60,000 bases of DNA from Amphiscolops sp. MND2022 (lineage: Eukaryota), in NCBI GenBank assembly GCA_964187785.1, contig OZ076409.1, positions 91,948,001-92,008,000 on the forward strand, written 5' to 3'. Every line of letters starts with the position of its first letter. Within the stretch, counting starts at the first letter, position 1. The notes under the pieces are model-generated. The model ran no database searches. It was not told the origin of the DNA and worked only from the letters and a program-made list of their open reading frames with translations. This document shows, piece by piece, positions 12,701 to 24,419 of the stretch. Made by a program: the position numbers and the translations under genes.

Positions 12701-15700
12701 TGTTAGAGATCGATGAAGGTCAAAGGACCATTAAAGGTCAACCATCTCAGACTATACCAGACTGAACTAATTCAGTATATTACTGTTGTTTGTAAACATG
12801 TACCTGTTATTTTATCTTCACTTGACTGAATCACTTTATCAACTCACAACACAAAATAAAGTATTGACAATAACTACTCTTCACCAATCTTCCGACAACC
12901 CAGCTACGACCAGAAGGAGCTCAGGCCCTAATAGGTTATGGAGCCAGCAATTTGGTGAGTTTGCCTTTTTCCTTAAAAAAACATTTTCTGCTTACTTTGA
13001 CTATGCTCGTCTGATCTTATTTTTCGCTCTCCATTTTTCCTTTTTGCGTCTCGGATATCCACATTTTTTGCTATTTATGCCGTCCGTTACCGCCGTTTCG
13101 CTTTCGCTAACTTTGTAGCTTATCTTCGTGGGAATCCCTGTTTTGCTGCCCTCATTTTTGTTTCAGTTACTTCTTTCTGCCTGCTTCGGGCTTTTGTTGG
13201 AGTTTGTGAGGGATGGATCGAACTTTGCAGTATCTCCAGTTCTCTGGCAAGGAAAAAGACTTCGCTGTGTGGCAGGAGCGATTCGAGGGGTTCTGTTTCA
13301 CGAAGAAGCTGCTGAACGTGCTGAAAGGAACAAATGCTGGCACGAATGACAAGAAGTACGAAATTTGGGCGTACTTGGTACAGTGTCTCGACAGCCGCAG
13401 TATCCTGATGCTGACGAACGACTGCAAGGGTGATGGTCCGAAGGCATTGCAACTACTGCGGGACCACTTCAACAGCACCGAAACACCGAGGTTGATGAAC
13501 CTATTGGAGAAGTTCACAACCCTGCGCTTGGAGCCCACGGAGAGCATGGTTGACTACCTGACTCGAGCAGAGTATGTGAGTAAGCAGTTGGAGCTCGCTG
13601 GTGAGAAAGTTTCTGAAAACATGTTAACTTCGATAGTTCTTAAGGGTTTGCCTTCCGAATATGTCTATTTCAAAACTGTGCACGATTTTTCGAAAGATAA
13701 GGCGTCTGTTGCGGAAGTAAAGAAAGCATTAAAAAATTTCGAAAGTTCTCGTAACCTACAAACTGCGACAGCTAGCAATGAAAATGTTGCCTTGTTATCC
13801 AAAGGAACTCTTGCGAAAAGTTCCGCGCGTAAACCTGAAAAGTTCAATGGAAAGTGTAGGCGTTACGGTAAAAGTGGACATAAACAAGCCACTTGTAGTG
13901 TATCCCAGTGTAACTTTTGCAGGCGTTTTGGCCATGAAGAGAATAAATGTTTCAAGAAAAACCCTCTTTTGAACCCCCAAGTCAAGTGCTGAGACAGGAG
14001 AGTCAAACCTAGCTGAGGACTTAGTTTTCTTTTGCGATGGTAGTGAGACTGCATTCACTAGCCAAAAATGCGAGGTGAAGGAGCACACTTTGGTCATCGA
14101 CTCTGGTGCTTCCTCGCATATGTTTTTTGACCGTTCCCTGTTCTTCGACTTTAGCGAAGAATCACAACGCAAAGTAAAAAATGCGAATGCGACTTTTTCG
14201 CAAGTTGAGGGTGTTGGAAAAGTTTCTCTTTTACTTTTGGACAGAGAAGAGATCGAACGCTGTGTGACATTTTCCGACTGTCTTTGTCTTCCTGATCATT
14301 CTCATAACTTGATCAGCGTTAGCAAGTTGAGACAAAACAGGGCTCAAGTGAATTTCGGAAAGTCTCTGAGCATTTTTGTCAATGAGAGAGCAACTATTCC
14401 TTTTGAAGAGAAAACGAAGAAGCGGTGTTGTGGCATCATCGCCTTGGTCACAACAATTTCAAAAATGTGAAACGTTTGGCTCATCATGTTTCGGGGATGA
14501 GCTTGAAACACAGTGCTTTTGATAAACTATGTTGTTGTGAAGTTTGCAAAATTTCTAAGTCACGACGGCAACCTGTATCGCCAAAAAAGGAGAAACAAAA
14601 ATCTTCGAAACTTGATCTCGTCTTCACTGACATTTTGGGACCGATGCCAACTACTTCGCTTGGTGGCAATCGATACGCTATTTCTTTTACGGACAGCTAC
14701 AGCAGGTACTCAGCGGTATATTTCCTCAAATCGAAAGAGGAGTGCCTAGATAATATCAAAGTTTTTTGTGCGCAAGTGGGAACGCCCAGAGCAATCCGTA
14801 CTGATAATGGGAAAGAGTACATTTCCAAGTCTTTTCGAAGTTTTTGTATATCAAACCGAATCAAACGTGAGCATACTACCCCTTATTCGCCTCATCAAAA
14901 TGGTGTGAGTGAACGTCGCTGGCGAACAACAGTCGAAATGGCTCGCTGCATGCTAAAAACAGCAAAACTCGGCAATGAATTTTGGGTTCGGGCCTTACAC
15001 ACTGCTTTTTACATTCCAAACCGTTGCCTCACAGTTAGTTTACCAAAAGGTAAAACGCCCTTTGAAATGTTTTCTGGTAAAAAACCAGATCTTTCCAACT
15101 TGAAAGTTTTTGGGTGTACTGCTTTCAAACACATTGAAACGCATCAAGACAAACTTTCCGATAAAGCCACCAAAGAAGTTTTCGTTGGTTATTCTGAGGA
15201 TTCCGAAGCATACATTTTGTACAATCCTTATTCTAAAAAGACTTCGTTTTCTCGCAACGTCTCTTTTGATGAGACTTCTTTCGACTTTTTTGCTGCGCAC
15301 CCAAGTCAAAACATCCGAGCATTTGTAACCGAAAAACCGGCACCGAAACAAGTTTTGACTGAAACACAGAAACATTTTTGCGAAAAGTCTTCAGTTCCTA
15401 TTTTACCGACTGAAACATTGAATGATTTCGAAACTGAAACAATTCCTTTCCCCGTTGATGTTGTTTCATCTGAAAACAATGATGCCAAGGAAAGTAGTGC
15501 GTTTTTGCGGTCTCGAAGTGGAAGAGTTATCAAACCGCCTGCGTATCTAGACGACTACGTTCTTTTAACCGATGACAGCGATGAGAATCTAGCCTGGGTG
15601 CTTTCTCCGCTTCCCTCGGGCCGAAAAGCAATTGGAAGCCGGTGGTTTTTCAAAATTAAGCGACACGACGACGGAACTATTGAAAAATTCAAGGCTCGTT

Positions 15701-16657
15701 TCGTAGCCCAAGGGTTTTCGCAAGTTTTTGGGAACGATTACGATGAAACTTTTGCGCCTACTGCCAAACTTTGTACCTTGAGGATTTGTTTTGCGCTCGC
15801 TGCTTCTTGGTCGACTTTTGTTTTTCAGTTAGACGTCCGTTCATCCTTCCTCAATGCGAACTTGAGTGATGAAATTTATATAGAACAACCAGAAGGCTTC
15901 GCGCAAGCGGGGGCAAATGGTGAAACACTTTATTGCAAGCTTCAAAAATGCCTTTATGGTTTAAAGCAAGCAGGGAGGGAATGGAACAAAACTTTAACCC
16001 AGTGGTTTTTGAAGAACGAATTTGTACAGTCTGCCGACGATCATTGTCTTTTTCGTTGCGATGGGACTAATGGTTCCCAACTTTTTGCACTAGTTTGGGT
16101 CGACGACATTTTGTACTTTTCAAACAACGACAAAATGCTGCATGATTTCAAGGCGAAACTCAGCGATGCATTCAGCATCGCTGATCGTGGGAAAATGACT
16201 TGGTTTTTGGGATGCAATGTTGAACAGTCACGCGGTCGCATTTCTCTTAGTCAGCGGTCATATATAAAGGACATTTTGCGCAAAAGTCATATGTCTGATT
16301 GTAAACCAGTCAGTACTCCAGCTATTCCCCATACGAAACAGTCAAAACTGCCCTATCGAAGGTAGTGAAAAGTCACTTGATATTTGCGAACAGAAACAAT
16401 ATCGTCGCTTAGTTGGAAACTTAATGTATTTGTCCGTTGTTAGTCGCCCCGATATTTGCTTTGCTGTCTATAACTTAGCACAATTCGTGTCAAATCCTGG
16501 TAAAGCCCATTGGTGTGCATTGAAACACCTTCTCCGTTTCCTCAAGGGCACCGAGTCTCTATCTCTTGTGTATAATCGCTCTGAAAATCTCGAACTTTTT
16601 GGTTTTTCGGATTCCGATTGGGCCACCGACAAGGACGATCGCAAGTCAACTTCGGGT
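12701..16657 (+). mobile_element. Ty1/copia LTR retrotransposon 1, 3'-truncated within RNase H
   Basis: 5' LTR tgtt...aata (12701-12933) and PBS ggttatggagccag (12934-12947). Gag-PR-IN-RT-RH order. Ends at DDRKSTSG where it fuses to the duplicated Tc1 segment. Confidence 0.93.
13213..16657 (+). pseudogene. copia gag-pol pseudogene (element 1)
   Basis: Zinc knuckle CNFCRRFGHEENKC, protease IDSGASSHM, LWHHRLGH...CEVC, integrase TDNGKEY and PHQNGVSER, RT LYGLKQAGREW and WVDD, RNase H DSDWA. Frameshifts near 13980, 14420 and 16350; the RT N-terminal segment appears deleted near 15590. Confidence 0.92.
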
Positions 16658-18347
16658 CCTTATCCATTTTTTCCATTTAAATTGAAAAACGAAGCGAATA
16701 TATTGGAGCGGCTAAATTTGGAACTTCATTCAAAGACATTGCTCTCCGATTTCATACGAAAACGAAGACAGTAAAGGCGATTTGGAACAATTACTGTCAA
16801 ACTGAGACCGTTAACGACAAGCCTCGTCCAGGGAGACCAAAAATTACCAATGCTAAAACCAATCGAAGGATTGTAAGAGAGCATAAGAAACACCCTTACC
16901 TGACTGCGATCGAAACAGGGAAACGTTTGGAACATTGAAAGAGAAACGGTTTCTTGAACTTTAAAAATCATGGATTATTGTGCCGCAGACCTGCAAAAAA
17001 AGTATTCCTAACGCCACTCAAAAGACGAATGCGTGTTTTTCTTCGACGGGACACGTTGTTGGATTAATTCTTACACGGATTCTTACAGATAAATGTGGTT
17101 TTTCAATTCACCAGTCGGACGGTCGCGTTCGCATTTACCGACGAAGTCAGGAAAGATTCAAAAACCGCATTTGACTGATGGAGAAACATCAGTGTCATCA
17201 CGGGAAGTTTCAGAACCAACCTGGTGAAATTTGATGGTAAGGTGGATTCACAAAATTACATAAACGAAGTTTTGAGGCCAGATGTAATACGTTTATCATT
17301 CCCAAATATTCGGATATTTCAATCTGACAATGCCCCACCACACACCGCACAAATAACTTCAGATTTTCTGGAACAAAACAACATCCGAGTCCTTCCATGG
17401 CATCCTCCTTCTCCTTATTTGTCACCTATCGGATACTTTTGGGACCAACTCAAAAGAAGACTTAGTGCGATGTCCCCATTGCCACATACCGTTCAGGAGC
17501 TGAAAGATGCGATCCAGTATTTGTATCTTACGCATCCTCAAGACAGTATAAGAACGCTTTTTCACACAATGCCTAGCTGAATCAACGTCTGCTTTCGAAG
17601 TTGAGGCTACGGAACGAAATAATAGACAAACGAAACTCATTTAGATATTTCGTTACAATATCTGTTAACTTGCAAAGACCTTTGACCTTAAGTATAGTTC
17701 ATTCAAGTTTACCACCGTGTCAGTGTCTCCCTCGTTGTGCATATCGAAAAAAAAGTTTTTTAAAATGTTCATATTTTTCGGGAACCCTTTCTTCGCTGGT
17801 CACAAGTCATTTGACCTAAGTTTCTCGTCGAGTTATTTGGCTCAACATTTTCGAGCTAAATGACCACAAATATACGCCAAGTCAATTCTAACTCAAGCAA
17901 TGGCTAAAAACAACTCTTCAAGGCCAAAAGTGAATCCAATTCTCAACCAAAGGTTAAAAAAAACAACATTAAACAAAAAATGTTACGAAATGCTTAGATT
18001 AAGTGTTGTTTGGATCAGTCGCTTCGCTCCCTCCGCCAAGTAGCAACAATGAGGTATAGCTATATGGCACGTCGCTCTACTTCGCTCCTGCTTTTGGGGC
18101 ACTTTTACAGGTGTATGTCTACAAAGCTCACTACGTAAAAAAAATCGACAAAAATAGACACGCGTTTTCGAAATATTGATTCTATGTCAAGTGCATTTAT
18201 GCCAAGTGACTGATACTCGAGGCATTTGGCTCGAAAAAATTAGGCCAAATGACCAAATGTGTTAGGCCAAACTTTACGCCAAGTAACTCTAAGCGGGTGG
18301 CTGTAAATAGGTCGAACTTTTCTGTTCAAAAGGACAGAAGTCGAACC
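16655..18347 (+). repeat. ~1.69-kb direct duplication, copy 2 (contains a 5'-truncated Tc1 copy, 16655-17694)
   Basis: Matches 11009-12700. Right Tc1 TIR plus TA at ~17670-17696; the left TIR is absent. Confidence 0.95.
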
Positions 18348-18587
18348 TTTTGATCGATTTGCAGGGATCGAATAGAATGTGGTCGAAGTTGATCGAAGCC
18401 TTCTTTGATCAGTCGAATTTGATCGAACAGGTTGAAAACGTTCTTTGTTTGCCTCAAGTCGATTGACTATCATAATAAGGGCATATGCTGTGTATCCACG
18501 CTCGCCCCCACCGTCGCAAATCCATCTCCCACTACTAGGAGAACTGGGTAGGATTGAAGAACTGAACTGAGATTGATTAGTTTTGAT

Positions 18588-19558
18588 CAGGGTTCTCAAA
18601 CTCAAACTCAAACTTTCAAACTCAAACTCAAACTTTCAAACTTTTAGGTTTCAAACTCAAATTCAAACCAAACTTCATTATATTGTCAAACTCAAACCCA
18701 AACTCAAGCTCACGACAAAAGTTCAAACAGTTTGAGTTGTTTGCCTATTTCTTAATATAACGCAGACGGCTATAATTTTTTCAATTTTTTAAAAATTTCA
18801 GCAAGGTGATTCAGAAATTTTATTTTTAGATCGTATGGTATGGGCAAGTCGTCTCCAAAGGAAGACTGGCGTCCATTTGCAACCAAAAATCCGCGGCTCA
18901 GGGGAAAGTTTTTGTGCGGTTATATAGATAAGAAGAGAACTAATTTGAGAAGATGCATAGCTTGTAATTTGGATATTCGGTGCAAAAACGGAGTCACGTC
19001 ACCCTTATTGCGTCATGTTGATACCTGTGTTATATCAAGTCCCGTTATGGAAGAGAATCAATCATTGTCAACGTTTCTTTCTGGAAAGAGCAGAAAATAT
19101 AATCTAGCACAGCGTCTAGTTTAAAAATCCAATATTTCTGTTAACAAGATTTGCACTTCCAAGAGTTTTCGGAATTATTTAAGTTGGCGAAGCTTGAAAT
19201 TCCAACATACTCTGAATTACAGGAAAGTCTTACAAGCTCAAACCATGTGCCATGTGCCATTCCATATTTTTTGTTAAAACATTTGTTGAAATTCCATGTT
19301 TTCTGTTAATGGTTTTTGTTAAAACATTTGTAAAACATTTTTTGTTAAAGCAATGTGTTTTATGCAAGTTACAAGAGGTGTTTGTTCATTATTCATAACA
19401 GTTTGTTACGTGTTTGCCTAAATTTCAAACTGTTTAACAATTTTCAAACTACCAAACTCAAACTCAAACTCTGAAATCAAATCAAACTCAAACTCAAACT
19501 ATTTGGGTTCAAACATTCAAACTTCAAACCAAGTTGCTTCAAACGTTTGAAAACCCTG
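18588..19558 (+). mobile_element. Internally deleted hAT transposon (971 bp) inserted in the 3' LTR of copia 2
   Basis: TIRs cagggttctcaaac / gtttgaaaaccctg. 8-bp TSD gttttgat / gttatgat. aaactc subterminal arrays at both ends. The LTR sequence resumes on each side. Confidence 0.88.
18840..19124 (+). pseudogene. BED zinc-finger N-terminus of a hAT transposase
   Basis: WRPF...CIACNLDI...TSPLLRHVDTC fits the BED finger pattern. The remainder of the transposase is missing. Confidence 0.75.
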
Positions 19559-19594
19559 GTTATGATCAGACTTGGTTTAAGTATTTAGAATTGC

Positions 19595-22500
19595 GGCTTC
19601 GCTCAAGGCATGAAGTTCTGCCTCAGTGGTTGAAGTGGCTACACACGTTTGTCGTCTAGCAGCCCACGATATTGCACCACTACCCACGTTGAAGCACAAA
19701 CCAAAGATGCTTCGTCTATCGTCCTTGCAGCTGGCATAGTCTGAATCCGTGTATCCATTTAGGCCTGTATCATCGCACTTCATGAAAGTGATGCCCACGT
19801 CAGCTGTGCCTCTGAGGTAGCGTAACACGTGCTTCGCTGCTTGCCAGTCAGCAAACCCAGGGTTGCTAAGAAATCGAGAAGGTAGGTGGGCCAGGAAAGC
19901 CAGGTCAGGTCGAGTGGACAGTGAGAGGTAAGCAATGCTACCCACTAGGCCTCTGTAGTTATGTCTCAACATTTGCTGCTGCTCATCCGATCCGTCTTCT
20001 GGCATCTGATCCTTCGTCAGCTCCAGCTTGTCTGCGAGTGGTGTTGAAGCTACCTTGCACTCGCCCATACCGTGTTTGCGAAGTAGGTTGCTCACATACC
20101 CCTGATGCTTCATTGTCAGCGAACCGTCACCCCATTTGAAGGAAATTCCCAAGAACCACGTCAGAGGACCGCTTTCGCCAATGTTGAACCGCTCGCTCAT
20201 CTTGTCATTGAACCACGTGGTGAATTGACAGTCAGTTGACCCGTAAAGAATATCATCCACCCAGATCACTATCCAGCACTTGTGACCATTCCTCGTCAGA
20301 GTCAGCAAGCAAGGGTCGTGAAGGGATGCCTTGAAGTTGAGCTCAAACAGATGGGAAGAGAGACACTCAAACCAATTGCGCCCCGATTGCTTTAGTCCAT
20401 AAAGTGACCGCTTAAGCTTGCACACCATCTGTTTGCCTTTTTGGTACCCCTCTGACTACTCCATGTAGATGTCTTCTTGAATTGGTGCGTTCAGGTATGC
20501 TGTCTTTATGTCCATCTGATTGAAATGCAGACCCAGTTTCACCCCACATGCCAGGACAGTTCTGAGTGTAGACAGCTTCGCGGTTGGTGAGTAGGTGTCG
20601 TGAAAATCAATGCATGGCGTCTGAGTGAACCCCCGTGCCACGAATCGCGCCTTGTACTTTACAACGTTTCCTTCGTCATCTAGTTTATGAGCAAAATGCC
20701 ACTTTCCGCTGATGATGACTTGTCCTGATGGTGGCTTGACTAGTTCCCAGACACCATTTTCTTCCAGTGATTTGCACTCTCTGTCCATCGCTGCTTTCCA
20801 GTTGGGATCCGCCAGGGCGTCTGCTGTATTGCTTGGAATACCGCTTGAAATCAAAGCATCACAGTGAGGTGCCATGTTCTCCAATTCTTTCCCTGTCCAA
20901 TAGTCGCCGAAGTGTTGAGGCGCCCTTCGAGTCCTTCCCGAACATCTGGTTGTCGTCCGTCTGCTGCACTGCTGTTGTACTGTCTGTAACATTGGGTGTC
21001 CCTTCATCTGGATTGATTTTATCCTCTGATCCGCCCTGGTTTGCATGGGTTTTCGTAGATGTGGTCTCGCATTGTTCATCTGACCCCGATTTCAGATCAT
21101 CAACGTCTGATTGAGATGCATCATCGTCCTCGCTCTCCCCTTGGGTGACTGCAGAACCACGTCGGTAAGGAAATGCATCGTCGTTGAAGGTGACGTTTCG
21201 TGATATCCAGACCTTTGGTGCCCTTGTCTCTGACCCATCTGTTGAGGCTACCACAAATGCCTTAGAATATCCCGAGTATCCCAGTAAAATTGCTTCCCGT
21301 GCCTTGCTGTCCAGTTTCTTCCTGACTTCGTTGAGCACAAACGACTGGCACCCAAACACATTGAAGATGTGAAAAGTCAGGCTTGCTTCCGTGAAACATC
21401 TCAAAAGGGGTCTTGCCTTGCGTCGCGTGGATTGATCGATTCTTCAAGTAGATGGCAGTTGAAAGAGCAAAAGGCCAAAACTGCTTTGGGACCACTGCAG
21501 TTGCCATCATGCATCGCGTCATGCCAGTCACAGTGCCCCATGCTCGCTCAATTTTGCCGTTTTCTTCGGGTGTGTAGGGAGCAAAGAACTCCTGTTTGAT
21601 GCCATTGGATGTGCACAAGTCACTGAACTGCTTTGACTTGAACTCGAGAGCCCCGTCTGAGACCAAATTGTCAGGCCGGCCAACATCGATGATGAATCGT
21701 TGTAACTTCGTGGTGACCTCATCCGTTGACTTCATTGGGTATACTGCCCCAAAACGGCTGTAACTGCCGATGAAGCCCACTGCATAGCGAAAACCCTCGT
21801 GGGACTCCTGTTGAATGTGCCCGAGCTCGTCTGTGTGAACGATAGCCAGTTTCGTTTTGCTCGAGTGCCCCACGTCTTCGGAATGGATGCCCGCTTCGCC
21901 TTCTCGGTGCAGCAGATGTTGCAGTTCGTCTTCTTCTCGGAGCCAGAGATGCTCATGCCCACGACCTCTTGCTGCAACTTTGCCACATCGTGCCAGTTGT
22001 TGTGCCCCATCACTCGATGCCAGTGTTTGATAGAGTGAGACATCATTGCCAGTGACCCCGTCTCCATAGGTTCAGCCATCACACTGGAAAGTTCGTCGTT
22101 TGTCATCATTGGCAGAACAGATCTATTGGGCATCTTGATGGTTGGGTCGTCATTGAACTGGATCATTGCCCCCTTGTCGGTCAATCGCTTGACCGACACC
22201 AGATTCCTCGCGTAGGATGGCACCAAGAAGGCATCCCTCAGTTCCAGTGGACAAAAACGGCTTGTATTGTCCTTCACAAAGCATCGCACTGTCCTACGTC
22301 CTCTGATCTCTGAACGACTGCTGTTAGCGTTGCATACGTCTGCCAGAAAACCCTCGTCCAGATCAGAGAAGAGCTCTTTGTTCTTGATCATGAAGCCGTT
22401 GCACCCAGAGTCAATGAGAAGCTCAATGCTCCTCTTGTCGAAACAACCAGCCCTGAAAGCCCCGAAGCTGAAAAAGTCCGCTGATGAATGGTTGCTGGAT

Positions 22501-23293
22501 TGACCCGAGCCACATCCTCCACTTGAGCTCTTTTGCTGTCCCTTCCTGCAAGGTGAAGCCAGATGCCCCTTCTGACCACAGTTGAAGCAAGTTCTCGTCT
22601 CCCGAGTGTGGCAGTCTTTTGCTCGGTGCCCCATCTTTCCACACTTGAAGCACTTTGGAGGCTTCCTCCCAACTAGGTGAAATGCTGTCATCGACGTCTC
22701 GCTGGAAACACAGAGACCCCTGGTTGCTGCCAAGTTGACCAAATCCTGCTTCATCTCGTAGTACCCCTTTGCTGTGCCGAAATTGAGGACTGCCACCACA
22801 CTGTCGAAGTCACTTGGAAGACCCTTGAAAATCATCGCTAAGAAGAGAGCATCTGAGACCACTTCCCCCGCTTCAGCCAGATCCAGTTTGAGCCCTTCTG
22901 CTTTGGTGAGGTAGTCAGTAACCTTCTCCCCTGATGTCATCTTGAGACCAGTGAGCTGTGTCATCAGTGATTGAACACGAGGCCGTTCAGTTGATTTGTG
23001 GAGCTTCGTCAAAGCTGTCCAGGCTGCAGTCCCATTCGGCTTGTGCCCTCTGTTGAAGTTGATGCTTGCCTTGTCAAGGCACAGAACCAGCTGGCACCAC
23101 ACCATGTACTGTAGTTTGGCTCGATCTGCTTCTTCCCCCTCTCGCTTGACACGTTCGTCATTCGTCTCCACATCTTTTCGAGGTGTTGTTTTGATTCTGT
23201 CCAGAAGGCAGTCAGAAAGTCCCAGGGCATAGACTCTCGCTTCGAACTGCTCCAGAAAAGCTTCTCTTGTCGAGAGTGTCGTGGTGCCGTCAT
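19595..23293 (-). pseudogene. copia gag-pol pseudogene (element 2)
   Basis: Two CCHC knuckles (CFKCGKMGHRAKDC, CFNCGQKGHLASPC), IDSGC protease, WHRVMGH/CNIC, integrase SDGALEF and PEENGKIER, RT LYGLKQSGRNW and WVDD, RNase H TDSDYA...STTEAE. Several frameshifts; RNase H is fused directly into the LTR. Confidence 0.92.
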
Positions 23294-24419
23294 CGTGATC
23301 TGCGCTGGTGTGGCTGTAATCAGCTAAGTAGATGGCGTCGTCTGGGAAGCTGCTGGGCCCAAAACCTTTTAAAACAGGTTGGGTAGGAATGAAGAACTGA
23401 ATTGAGATTGATTAGTTATGATCAGACTTGGTTTAAGTATTTACAATTGCAATTGATGGTAGAAGTGGTTCAGCATCGGGTACATATAGCACCGCAACAG
23501 GTACCTGTCAGTCAACAAAAATTGTGCGGTATCAAGAGTTGTCGTTGTATCGCACAAACAGGTACATCAATGTGCGGCATCAGAAGTTGTGTGTGCGATG
23601 TCATCTGGCAGGTACTTGAACCTTAGGGGTCGTGGCTCATCATTTGATTGTTCCCGCCTTGCGAGGCGGATGGCAAACCTTGACACCCGCTAAGTCTTTG
23701 CTCCTGTTCGACCTCGCTTAGCAAGATGGAAACATAAGCGGCCCCAAGGGGCTGCGGGGCACTAGAGGAAATAGAAACATATTCGAGACACGTTTCATAC
23801 TTTTCTAGAAAAATCTATCTGCGACAATTTGAGTTGTTTCCCAAAAGTCAAAATTTCGATCCGAGTTGTTTCGATCCCATTCAAAAATTTGGTATGTCGA
23901 CCCGAGGACTAACTCCGATTTTCGATCCCGTTCCTTCGACCTATTTCCGCCCACCCACTCTAAGCTAAGTGACCAATTACCTCTTCGCTTCAGCTCTGAA
24001 CAATTTGAATTCAAAGTTCTGTTAATAAAAAATAACCCTGTCCATTGAATGACTGAACAAACTCATTGCTCAATTTTTGAGTTACACCTTCGAGGCAGCG
24101 GAATCTGGTCCTATACCTACGCTGTTAACATACGCGTCCGATGCAGTGATCTACATAGTCGCAAAGATCACTATGAAAACTTCAACAGAAGTCCTGTCAA
24201 GCGGAACGATGTGCTGAATCGGCTCAATTGCCGCTCCCAGAGGCAGAATCCTCTCGAATCACATCACCCAAAGCCTTTTGGAGCAATATCAAGCCCCAGC
24301 ACCTCGCGAAACTGCGAAAGATCCATCAGCGAATAGTTCGGTAGCGACCAGTTTTCTTCATGATCAGCTAGAAAAACGGTTTCAGTTTCGTTGATTTGAT
24401 GAACACCATCTTGGCACAA

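Larger units (their letters stand above)
18533..23499 (-). mobile_element. Ty1/copia LTR retrotransposon 2 (decayed; outer boundaries approximate)
   Basis: The LTR block tgggtagga(t/a)tgaagaactga...gatcagacttggtttaagtattta occurs at ~18546-19594 (split by the hAT) and at ~23380-23450. PBS ggttttgggcccag (reverse complement of 23353-23366). Confidence 0.88.
18295..23956. mobile_element. Mutator-like (MULE) non-autonomous element hosting copia 2
   Basis: Perfect 9-bp TSD actctaagc (18286-18294 and 23957-23965). TIRs gggtggctgtaaataggtcgaa / ttcgacctatttccgcccaccc. gatcga/tcgatc subterminal repeats. Confidence 0.82.
17798..23981. mobile_element. Outer non-autonomous TIR element (~0.5 kb native) that hosts nested insertions
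   Basis: Perfect 8-bp flanking repeat tcttcgct (17790-17797 and 23982-23989). Imperfect termini ggtcacaagtca / tgaccaattacc. Subterminal gccaagt/gccaaatgacc repeats continue across the inner insertion. Confidence 0.6.

Noticed and set aside
11009..18347. 1.7-kb direct repeats as the LTRs of copia 1
   Set aside because: They lack TG...CA ends and consist of Tc1 and MITE sequence. The true LTR and PBS are at 12701-12947.
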